64,000 nucleotides of DNA from Oculina patagonica (taxonomy: Eukaryota): the NCBI RefSeq assembly GCF_052425735.1, contig NC_135760.1, positions 28,947,074 through 29,011,073 on the forward strand, read 5' to 3'. The notes beneath the pieces are model-generated. The model saw only the letters and a list, made by a program, of their open reading frames with translations, did not search any database and was not told the DNA's origin. Positions 11,408-22,700 of the stretch are shown in pieces (positions within the stretch are counted from its first letter, which is position 1; every line of letters begins with the position of its first letter). The translations under genes and the position numbers were made by a program.

Positions 11408-12627
11408 ATTTATAGATTAAAAAGTCTGTTTGTAAGTCTTACAAAGGTATAATAAGGCACATATTTTATCCTTAGAACAAGACTGACAAATCAACTGTAT
11501 AGTCTGTATACACAGGGGGTTTTAGTGGCCCCACTGGACTCTGGATGGAGTGCTCCAGGTAAGAGCCCTGGCTGCCTGAACAAGTGTTCTGGTGCAAGCC
11601 ACATTTACTCTCCCAGTGGCTCTTTCCACCCAGGTGTTTAAATGTGCAGTAGCAAATGTACTGCTAAAGGTAAACCCTGCAATAGACCTGGCATCCTGAT
11701 CCAGGGACAGTAGTTAAGTGCTGGTCTGGTAAGCCACCAAGGCTTGAAGAGAGACTTAAACTTGGCCTTTTTATGGTCTTGTTCTGTACTTAAGCGTCCT
11801 GCCAAGCATCATGTAACACCATAAAGGAGTAGAAATTGGCAGTTAATCACATTCTCATTTCAGATTTAAAGGGGTTTCAAATAATAATAATAGTAATAAT
11901 GCAACAGTATTAAAGAAGAAAATATTAGATGTAAAGTATTTTACACAAGATGCATGCATGTGCGAAAACAGTGAAACTGGGATAATCATTAACCAGAAAA
12001 CCAATGTAAAAAGTATATTATGTTAAATATACACTCGAATAGCTCTTAACAATGTCTCTTAATGATAATTTTTTGTATATTTCTTGTAATTTAGGGGCTC
12101 TGGCCCTCCTTTTTTTTTTTTTAAACAAGAAATTGTCCCAACTGTTCCCCCTTCCCTGCCATTTGGGTAATTTATTGTAACTCAGGGAACTTGACTTCTG
12201 TGATGGTTTCCTATTATTAATGACTGTTAAATAGCAGTGGTCTCACATTGATCAATAAAAATATTCATGGGTTACTTTGGTTGCATTCTGTTTGATTTGA
12301 CGTAACGAACACTAGTCACTGGCAATACAACAATAATTATTGACTACAAGCTCAAAGTTTTCTCTAAGTTAATAGTCATTGCAGTGAACCCAAGTTGACT
12401 GTTGCTCATAGAAAACAATGGGTGAGTAGTCTTATTGTGAGTAGTAGGCAAAAACATACAATTATTTTATGCATTTTTAAGCTAAATTTATAAATATTTT
12501 CCATGCACTCATGATCTATCAATGAAGAGACAACAATGGGAGTGCCAATTACTGTAGAACATGTTTATGTCTGCAAAATAAGACAGCCACTTTTTCTTGA
12601 CACGTCCTGCAATCACTCTGCTGCTGT

Positions 12628-12785
12628 GGCAGACTCGTTCCCAGTCCCTACTTATTTGTTCCTAAGACGATAAAAGACTGGGGCAGAATGAGGCGAGGGT
12701 TATGGGGCAGGCTGGGAAGACCGTCCCTTGATGCAATGCGTTCTAGTCAAAACTGCCTCGGAGCGACTGGGAACGAGTCTGCTGC
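12628..12785. repeat. Short inverted-repeat (hairpin) element in the XBP1 3' flank
   Basis: ggcagactcgttcccagtc ... gactgggaacgagtctgc, about 19-bp arms about 120 bp apart. Confidence 0.45.
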
Positions 12786-13978
12786 TGGGGTAAACATGAA
12801 CTCGCTTGTACTTCCAAACTTACTCGTGTTATCATCAGGATCTGCAAACATACATTATCTTTGACTACTTTTAAAAACGTTGATAGTAAGCTACAGATCT
12901 TTGGCACACGAGTTAAAACACCACAGGAAAAGCATGCAGTCCTCAGAACATCAAAATTTTTTTTTGCAACTTGAGGAAATTATTGTGGGAATTGAAGAAA
13001 TCCTGAAAATATCTGGATCAGGCTTGAATGGGTTACAAACCCATGACCTCAGTGACACTGGTGTAGTGGATGTTTGCTCTACTGCTCTCAAGGGGGTTTT
13101 GGTGTGGAGAGAAATGTTCATTCTCTCACAGACAAGGATTAATTTTTGTCTGATTTCCCAGTTAACATTCGGGTCACATCATTTATGGTCTTTTAACGTC
13201 CCTTCAATCAATAAATAACTCAAGTGCAGATGATTGCAGAAACATTGACCCACATAAAAACAAAATGTCTATTATTTTTCACATGGCTCGTTTTTCTTTG
13301 TTCTTCCAGACTGAATATATTGAATAAACCCCGCTAATTAGTAACTCTGAGAAGATGGGGGGCGGCTTTGATTATAAACGGGAGAGCGGGGCTGATATTA
13401 TATCTCCCTTCGGAATATTAGAGCTGATAATCCCCTAGGGTAATATTACAGTAATATTCCCCTCTCGCAACATAATAATAATATAATAATTTAATACTTA
13501 TTCGGCGCAAATTAGCATGTGAATATGATCAAATGCGCAACACACCCATACGGATTGCATCTCACAAACAAAACCATACTTTGATAACGTTACATTTATT
13601 TTGCCTAGACTGGTGTTACATAAATACTACTGAGCAGTTGTTCCTTGCCTCGACGTTTGCTTTCTCAGAATATCCAATTCCCTCTATAATGCACGCCTGC
13701 AGGGAATCACGGTAGTTGTGTTCGTCGTTGCTAAGTCGCGCGTGCAACTACCGTGATTCCCTGTAGGCACGCGCTATGCAGTGTACCGTATTTACTCGAA
13801 TAAGCGCCGCCCCGAATAAGCGCGATGCGGCGCATATTTGAGGAATTCCGTTTGACTAAAAACAGCACTACAAAGCAACTCTAAAATAAACTTGGACATT
13901 TCTTTCCATCAAAAGCGATGTTTTGCAGCTCAAAGTGATTGTTTTACCGCTCGCCCATAGTTTTTCTAGACATTCTTA

Positions 13979-16871
13979 TGCATCAGTCAATTGAAACCCC
14001 GGCCCCCCAACCCCCGGGACTTAGCGGGGATTTAACGCGTCCAAAGCCGGGATTTAACGCACTTTTAACGGCGAGTTGGCCCCGGTGGGCGGTGGTTTTA
14101 ACAAAATGTCAGTAGACCGGGGCCGTGGAGCGGTAATTTAACAGCACGCAATCACCTGAAGCGGGGACGACAGCCGGGATTTAACATAAAGGACTAAATG
14201 CTTTCCTCAAAATGTTCGTTTTGAGGAATCCGTTCTAAAAAGTCTCCACTCTTCTTCCTTGATAAAGCTTTTCGCGATGCCTGGGTTTGTATTTCATGCG
14301 TTCGCATGATAAAAATAGACTCATTGTACTTGTAATCTACCACCTTAGTACATTATCGTCTCCAAGAAAGTAGTTTCTGTTTCTGAGATTTCAGCCGTGA
14401 ATTATATGAGGATCAGTTAGGGTAAATTCCGACAAGCGACACGGCGTTTAAACAGCGACATGGAAGAAATAAAATGGCGAGGAACGACGAGACTTTTATT
14501 AAAATAGCGACAACGAAGGAAAGAATTAAATAAGAGTACTACGGCGAATCTGTCAGTTTCTTGCCATCCTCGGAGACCCAGGGGCAGTTAGTGGGGCGAG
14601 GGAAACGCGAAAATGCAAGACAGCTATGGCGAGCGAACTGGCTTTGTGTACATATTTCGTATGAGAACGCACCAAAAGGACTGTAGTCAGGCTGGTCGCC
14701 GATTGGGCAGAATAATACAAAGATAATACAAAAGATTTTTCTGCCCAATCAGGAGGCAGTATTCAGAGAGCTTTTTGAACTGGCCTGGTAAGACTCTTTC
14801 CCTAGGGGCACTTTCAGTCAATACAACTTTTATATGCCGATTTTTTCCCTCGCAGTTTCGCGCTATTTTCTACCCGCATTTTCGCGTTTCCCTCGCCCTA
14901 CTAACTGCCCCTGGGTCTCCGAGGATGGTTTCTTACATGTTCGACGGCGAATCTGATGTAGTCACAAGTCCCCTACGTCATCAGCATGTTGGAATGCTTT
15001 TAAATATATATTTAGGTCCCACAGATTTAACAAAAAAAGCTATCAAGTCGAAAAGTGGATAAGTACAAACATTCAAAAACTTGCTTTGCTTGACCTACTC
15101 ACTAGTGAGTATTTCGCTATAAATGATACAAGGTGACAGATCCTTACTTCTTATGGATGTGGCTGATCAAGACGTTATATATTCAATAAACAAAAGTTAA
15201 AAAGAAACAAACTAAACTAATAAGGGTTTGCATTAGAGCGGGAGAGCGGGGATGTTGCTGTTATGATTAGCTAGCAACCAGCCAAAGTACTACATCCTGA
15301 TAGAGCATAGCAAAGTACAAGGAATTACGACAAATAAGCACAGATGTCTTTCAGCCTAGCGAGATCAACCCACCTTTGAAAAGTTGACAGTGAACGCTTG
15401 AAACAGCGGACAGCAGCAGTGCAAAAATAATAATCGCCCGTCGAGGTCGAGAAATCGGTAAAGTAATTTTTAGCGGCATTTTTGATCAGTTGAGAACATG
15501 CCATTTTTTTATTAATCTGTCAAAGAATTAAATTAGATTAATTTTAACGGATCCCTAAAAATGCACGAAAAACTTCTGCTCTGTGTACTTTTTAATAGTT
15601 CAGAGTGACGTCGTATTTTTTTATTTGGTCAAAAAATTTAGAACACCGTTTGTTACTGCGATATTAAAGTGCCCGAAAAACTTTGCTCGTTTTTTAATTG
15701 ATCGAAAAATTTTACACACTGTGTTTAATGCGAAATTAAAGTTCTCGAGAAACTCCTGCTCTGTGCACGTACTGAGCAGTTCAGAGTCATCACGTCGTTT
15801 TTTAATTGGTCGAAAACTATAAAATACCGTTTTGCTGCGAAATTTAAGGTTCCCGAGAAACTTCTGCTTTGTGAACCTAATTTAGTCACGTCGTTTTTAA
15901 TTGGTCGGGACATTAAAAACGTTAACTTCCTTTTTAAAATACCGGAGAAAGTTCTGCTCCGTGTAGCTAGGTTACTCACGTCTATTGTGTTCTAAAGGTA
16001 GACACGTCGTGTTTTTATCTGTCAAATAATTAAATTAATCTTAACATGCCGAGAAACTCCTGCTTCGTTTACTAAGTTCAGAGTCACGTCATTTTTTAAT
16101 TGGTCGAAATATTCAAAACACCGATTTGAAAGAAACTCCCGCTCGTTTTTAATTGGTCGAGACATTAATAAAATAACTGCTTTTTTAAAATACCAGCGAA
16201 ACTCCTGCTCTGTGTACCTAAGTTACTCAAGTCTTATTGAATTGGTCAAAATATGTGAGAAACTTCTGCTCTGTTACTCGCGTCAGTTTTTAGACAAAAT
16301 GACGAAATTCCGATAGCGACATTCGGACCATTTTTAGTTGCGACATGACGAGCTTTGAAATTGAGACGGGAGACTAGTATACCTACCCTAACAGGGCCTC
16401 TTATATCGTAGGGTGAAAGATGTTTACCTATAGAAGAAATTCTTCTATTTTGTCTCTTCTTGTGTCCCACATCAGTTTAAAAGACGTCAATAAATCGTTT
16501 CCAAAGGATAGGCTTATTGTATTTTGTTTTCTATTTTGGCCGTGAAGATGACAGCAGAAACTGCGGCGATTGTCATGCCCATGGCTGTTTGATGTGCTTA
16601 TTAAAAGATAGTCATTGAATTGGAACAAGCTTTCTTGAAAGATCACACTGAGCATCTCTCTTAAAAACCTGTTAGGCACTGCAACGAAATCAAGATTTTT
16701 GTCCGTTTTTTATCCTGAAAGTCGATTCGGATGCCCCCGCTATGCGGGGCTTTTAACAGACGTCTAGGCCCCTAGGGCGGGGAAATAAGCCGGGTTTTAA
16801 CACTTGGTAAATGTTAAATTCCCCGGTAAGTCCCGGGGGTCGGGGGGCCGGGGTTTCAATTGACTGATGCA
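13979..16871. mobile_element. Non-autonomous PIF/Harbinger-like TIR DNA transposon (about 2.9 kb) with 3-bp TTA target-site duplication, subterminal GGGATTTAAC repeats and an internal tandem array
   Basis: The TIR is tgcatcagtcaattgaaaccccggcccccc.acccccgggactta, seen at 13979-14025 and reverse-complemented at 16825-16871. TTA flanks both ends (13976-78 and 16872-74). Internal inverted segments lie at 14560-14940. A tandem array of about 60-130-bp units (...gagaaacttctgctctgtg...cacgtcgtttttaattggtcgaaaa) lies at about 15560-16300. Confidence 0.6.
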
Positions 16872-18881
16872 TTACGATATGTAGTATTGTCAATGTTGTC
16901 AAGGCCGAGGAATTTGCCAAGACAGCTAGCGCCACTTATTTCTTCAGCAAGAGACAATCTTTGTGGAGCGCCGCCCTCAAATAATTATTCGAGTAAATAC
17001 GGTATTCCGTTCGGTTACCTACTCATTCCAAACATTCAAACACCAAAAGGTTACCTTTTCAGTGTTCAGTTTGATCCTTTTAATACTATTCCTGGCCAGG
17101 GGCTCTTTGTCATCTACGACGATAATGTCGTTTGGTATCAGGTTGTTTCGCCCGTTCGCCGGCTGAGACGTTTCGCCCGATCCCCGATCTCAGAGTCGAT
17201 TCCACCGAAGAAAAAGTCGATTCGCCCGGATCAACATCTTGGTTAAACAAAATGTTTTGGTGGCTTAGCTTCAACAAACATACAGCAATAATGCCAGTTG
17301 ATCGTTGAGTTTCTTGTAAACAAACGCTGCTCATTTTGTCAATGTTTGCGGTTTTATATTCTTGTTTCAATCCCTTTTCCGGGTTGAGTGGCTCATAGCA
17401 GCTTTGTTGGGGATTTTGCAAGCCAGTGCGTTTTACATAAATTTTATGAGCAAACTGTCGCAGAATTTTCAATATATACATAATTTGTCTGGATTTATTA
17501 AAACCAGGTCAAAGAAAAGTGACCGAAATCTTCTTGCTCATGTGCGTTAGAGTGCGCCAAGAAAAAAGGAAAAACAACGCTGAAAGAGACACGAGAGAGA
17601 ACTGAGGAGAGAAAGACCGACATTCCCTTTAGTTTTCATATCGCGTTTACACGTTTACAGCGCTTTGCGCTTAAAACGGTGAAATTTTCATTAACCTGGT
17701 TTTGATAAATCCAGAAATTTACATACTTATATTAAAATCAAGTCAGACAGAAGTACAGTTGAATAACGATAACTCAAACCTTCAAGGGAAATCGAAAAGG
17801 GTTCGAATTATCGGGGGTTCGAGTTAGCGAGTATAAAATTTATTAGAAGGAAGGGGAATCGAAAAAGGTTCGAGTTAGCGGGAGGTTCGAGTTATTGAGG
17901 GTTCTAGTTATCGGAATTCAACTGTACAATGTCTGCAGAGTTCAAGGCAAGCTAAACCCTATTTGGCAGTTTATATGTCTTCGGCTGCAAAAAGTCTGAC
18001 TCTGTCAATTTTGAATGATCCTCGCAGTGTATAAGCAAACTACAACGGCTACAACTCCCAATTTTTTTTTGCCAATTTCAAGACTACAACTACCAATTTT
18101 GTTGAAAAAATAGCTAGTCTTGCTATATTAACAAGTCGAAATACGAATGGCGCGTGAAAAGATACAGCAACAAAATATTTAATGAGAGCTTTATTATTCC
18201 AAGGTTCACCTTTACTGTATAATGCCAAGGTTTTCTTACCTAAAATCTAAACTATGCACTGTGTTATCTGTGTTGCACACAGTTGAGAGAATTAAGCAGG
18301 GACTACAACTTATAAGTATTTTAAGTGTACTACTGGCTCCAGCAGATGTAATAAGCAATAGTCTATCAAAGTGTTGGTTTATCTGTTTCAGTTGGTTTGC
18401 AACTGTTGTTTGTGTCAAAAGGGTTAGATAAAACATGCAGCTACAATCAGTGCGAGAACTCGATGCCACAATGTCCAAATTTCCTGTTTTGAATAGCACT
18501 GATTGCTTCATTATTCATTAAACCGCACAACACTACATGTATAACCAGGTACGGTGATTGTGACGTCTTAATTTCTGCTATATGCATAATAATGTTGCAA
18601 CTAAGAATTCTCAGACACATTACCTTTGCTTTTGTTGGTGATATGAAACGTTTTCAACAAAAATGTATTCATACTGAACAGTAAGAACAATTAATTTAGT
18701 GTGCGTTGAAAGCACAGGTGTCACTCAAATGAGCTTATTAACATGGCTTACAATACTTGCGATCTTGCCGTCTTTGGCTTTCTATCAAAGTTACAATAGC
18801 CTTGACAGTGAATGAATACAAAAAACCTGCAAAGCATTAGCCTGTTCCAGGCTTTCAGTTAGTGAGGGACGGTGCTTAAAG

Positions 18882-18975
18882 AAAAACGGCGAGCGAAAAA
18901 ATAGGAAGGGGGCTGGGGTGTGGAGAGGGAAATTTCCTCTCTCCTCCCCTCCTTATTTTTTCGCGCGCCGTTTTC
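18882..18975. mobile_element. Palindromic MITE whose termini (aaaacggcgagcgaaaaaatagg.agggg) match the TIRs of the 29101-30640 element
   Basis: aaaaacggcgagcgaaaaaataggaaggggg...cccctccttattttttcgcgcgccgtttt. Confidence 0.5.
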
Positions 18976-18996
18976 CTCTTTCACCGCTGTTCTTTT

Positions 18997-19104
18997 AGCC
19001 TGCGAGAGCAGACGCATTTCCGGCCGTCGCTTCTCTCCGCCGAAAAATAGCTATTTTTCGGCGGAGAGAAGCGACGGCCGGAAATGCGTCTGCTCTCGCA
19101 GGCT
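18997..19104. repeat. Near-perfect 53-bp-arm palindrome downstream of the MVP 3' end
   Basis: agcctgcgagagcagacgcatttccggccgtcgcttctctccgccgaaaaatagc|tatttttcggcggagagaagcgacggccggaaatgcgtctgctctcgcaggct. Confidence 0.7.
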
Positions 19105-19570
19105 ACTGTTCTTTGGGCCGTATGACATCAGAATACTGTCAGAGGTGGTCAAACCCTATTATTGACCTTCACAGAGATGTTATTTTGTTTGTTTGTAAAA
19201 TCTCTATAGCCTGCGTTGCAGCCGGACGTGTCACAGAATCCTCGAGATAGTCCGGCGGTTTAGACAGTCTGCGACGCTGGCTAAATCAGTACAGCCATAA
19301 CTGAAAAGTTATTTGTCAACATAACTGCAGTAGCTGTGATAAAATTACAAAGACAGGAAACCCTGATAAGTATTCTAAGTTGCAACCTAAGAAGTATTCA
19401 TTTCTGCTACTGGTGACTGCAGATTGAAGACAATTCTTATACAAAGTCCCCTAAATAATAAAAGTCCATACTGGCCTAATTCTAATATTAATTTAATATT
19501 TGCTAAACGTTAAACGTAACAAGGATAATTGACTTGACCTAACCATACAATTTAGGTGTTACTGTATTAT

Positions 19571-19576
19571 TTTATT
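19571..19576 (-). promoter_or_regulatory. MVP: AATAAA polyadenylation signal of MVP, 13 nt after the stop codon
   Basis: The minus strand reads ...gactactgaacatgtctggctAATAAAataatac. Confidence 0.5.
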
Positions 19577-19588
19577 AGCCAGACATGT

Positions 19589-19720
19589 TCAGTAGTCTGC
19601 GGAGGAGCCTGGTTGTTGAAGAGCACCAATCAGACCTTGAGCTGTGCTAAACAAGTTGATAGGAGAGCTCCCATCTGTTATCAGGGTAGACTTTAGACCC
19701 AAAGACTGCAGCAGCTTCAC
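19589..19720 (-). CDS. MVP: MVP exon 16 (last; stop TGA at 19589-19591)
   Basis: [43 protein letters not shown]; acceptor cgtgttgcag. Confidence 0.8.
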   Translation of the reverse strand: MKLLQSLGLKSTLITDGSSPINLFSTAQGLIGALQQPGSSADY

Positions 19721-22700
19721 CTGCAACACGATCAACAGTTCATCTTATCAACTGGAGATGGAGCGGTTTTTCAATTGAGTGTAAAAAAGGAAAGAAACTT
19801 AGGTGATCATTCTGGCCAATCACAATGGGCACAAACAATCCATTGATCCAGTCAAAATGTTAGACTGCAAAACAGTCGTTTTTTTCCTCTAACTTCGTTA
19901 ACAATCGCTTAACAAGGGCACGATCGTCTCGTGGACTCACACGTGCAGTCCGTTTTGAAATTGCATTCAGACCTCTTGTTCAAAGACCGAGCGTGTTTGC
20001 ACAAATTGACTGTTTCATAGTCCAGTCAAAATTAAAAGCAAATACATGCAGCCTGTGCGAAGTGTGGGAATCCGTGCGAGCAAGTCACGATTGGTTTTGG
20101 TTTTTTTTTTTTGGATTAAAAAGTGGCGAAAGACTTTTCAAACCAATCACTAAGCGAAGCAGTGCAAAACCAAAGCAAATGCGAGTTAATTCCGATACTC
20201 AGGTGAAAAACCGCTAACATGCTTGTAAAGCAGTGAGATCACAAACAAAAGTCAGTGTGTCTCGGGAAAAAAAAACAAGACAAAAAACAAGACAATGTTT
20301 GTAGATTATCAGTAGTAAGGTACAAACCTGCATCTCTGGTCCAGCGGTGGCTATTGCCTGAATAGTATCAGAACCAATAGATGACACCATGTTCTTAAAT
20401 TTCTCTGTCTCAATGCCTGCCATCTCTTTGGCCTTGGTTACATCCAAGGTGTTCTGTTCATGCTGGTACTTCAACTCCGCCTCCCTTGTTTTACTGAGAC
20501 GCTGCAGTTCAGATTCCTTTTAAAAAGAAATAGAACAACTCAAAAAATTAAGTTTGTTCACACTGAACTCTCATGTTGCAGTTCATAAAAAAATCACAGA
20601 GCAGGAACGATCCAACGAAACAAATCATCTCCACCTCCCACCTTCTTGGAATTAATGATCGAATTTGATCTGTTCGCTGTTTATAGAACATATCAAGAAC
20701 AAGAAATTATTGTGCCATGTGTCCATTTTTTCATAAATTAGACAGTTCTAAGAATCAAACTTCAATTGTGATCTACGTTGAGCAAATTAGGGTGCAAAGT
20801 TGCATCCAAAAGAACATCCATTGATAAGCCAAGAGCTTATTTTTGTGTTAAACGGCTTTTCAAATGGGAATTTGCGTTTCAAAAAACTTTGGGTTTTTTA
20901 TTTGGATGGAAGACCCTCTAAACATAACGAAACAAATATAACAACTGACTGAGCGTTCTCTTACTGAATGTAAAATACAAAAATAGCCCTGATGGGAGAG
21001 AAATGTATTAGTTCAACAATCATTGATTATCATGTGCCGTTTGACCTGAGTTTATCTTTGTACACCATTGTACACCCATTGTGTTATTTATATCAACAGA
21101 ATATGACTCTTTATATCGAAACAAAAACTCTAATGCATAAAGTGTACATTTCGATTTCGTTTGTAATGAGGTTTCTACTTTTTCCGTTTGACAAGAATGT
21201 TGCCTGATAAACTGGCAGAGCAAAATGATCATTTGTTTATCATATAGTTTAACTGCATCTAAAAAACAAACCAGACATTAGTAATAACAGTTCCTTGACA
21301 AGATTCAGCACATAACCATGTTATTCACTTTTTCCTGTATATGAATTAATATTCTGCATTTATTAATATGAATGTGAACATGTTTTGTCCAAGTTATAAC
21401 ACAAATAACAAGTTATCATAGTAAACTCAGAGACTCAAAGGACAGTGCAGAATGCAATATGGCCAACAATTGACAGCATGATAATAATTTTCCAGGGTAA
21501 TTTCGCTTGAGAATAAGTCAAATGAGATCACCTTTCAGTCTGAAACGCTGTTTCATCTGTACTTGTAAGATGTGGAAAGACCAAACGTGACAACTAAATC
21601 ACGCGACACCTTCATCCAGGAAAAGATTTCCCTTTTTGAAAAGTCACACACGCGGCCGACCAGTTGACACAATTAAGAGTCGATTTTTTAGTAAAGGAAG
21701 TTTTCAATCATTTGAACCGTTGTGTTTTACGTAAACTTTCGTTGATTTGAGAGTTTTTAAGCAGCAAACGCGATACTTTTACTTTTCGTGCAAACTTTTG
21801 TAACATGAGTCTAATTTAAGTCTAATTTAATTAACGCCACGGATTCTACAAGAATCATACCGCATTGAAAAGCACACCACGTTGGACTTTGATACAAACT
21901 TTCTAAACACGTCTCTGTTATTTTAATTTTCGTTAGTTTGAATTCAGTTTGATATTGAAACAGCAAACGTGATATTTGTGCTTTGCGTGCAAAGTTTTGT
22001 AACATGATACCTTTGTTTTTCTCTTAGACTGCTATGATGCCTTAAAGTCTAATTAAATTAACGCCACGGATTCTACAAGAATTCTACCGCATTGAAAAGC
22101 ACATCACGTTAGACTTTGATACAAAATTTCTAAACGCGTCTCTGTTATTTTAATTTTCGTTAGTTTTTATTCAGTTTGACATTGAAACAGCAAACGTGAT
22201 ATTTGTGCTTTTCGTGCAAAGGTTTGTAACATGATACAAGTCTAATTAAATTAACTCTACGGATTCTACAAGAATCCTACCGCATTGAAAAGCACACCAC
22301 GTTAGGCTTTGATACAAAATTTCTAAACACGTCCCTGCTGTTTTAATTTTTGTTAGTTTGAATTTCAGTTTGAAATTGAAACAGCAAACGAGATAATTTC
22401 CTTTTCCTTGAAAACGAATGTAACATGATACCGTTGTTTTTGTCGAAAACGGATGTAACGTGATGACATGGTAACGTGATTTATTTTCTGCAAAGAGGGC
22501 GACATCGATTATAACACAGATATTATCGATTAATTTAAGAATTTGGTTTTTCTGAATTATGAGATGCTACAACAGAGCATCTACATGTATTCAAAGAAAA
22601 CAGCATTGCCATAACAAGAATTATTTCACATGAACTGCTATGACGCCTTAATGTCTAATTCAATTAATTTGCAGTTTTAACTTGGCGCCACGTAGTCTAC

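Noticed and set aside
17790-17930. GGTTCGAAT / GGTTCGAGT motifs resembling tRNA T-arms
   Set aside because: They occur as a short tandem array (ggttcgagttagcg repeated) without acceptor or anticodon arms. It is a repeat, possibly SINE-tail-derived, not a tRNA gene.
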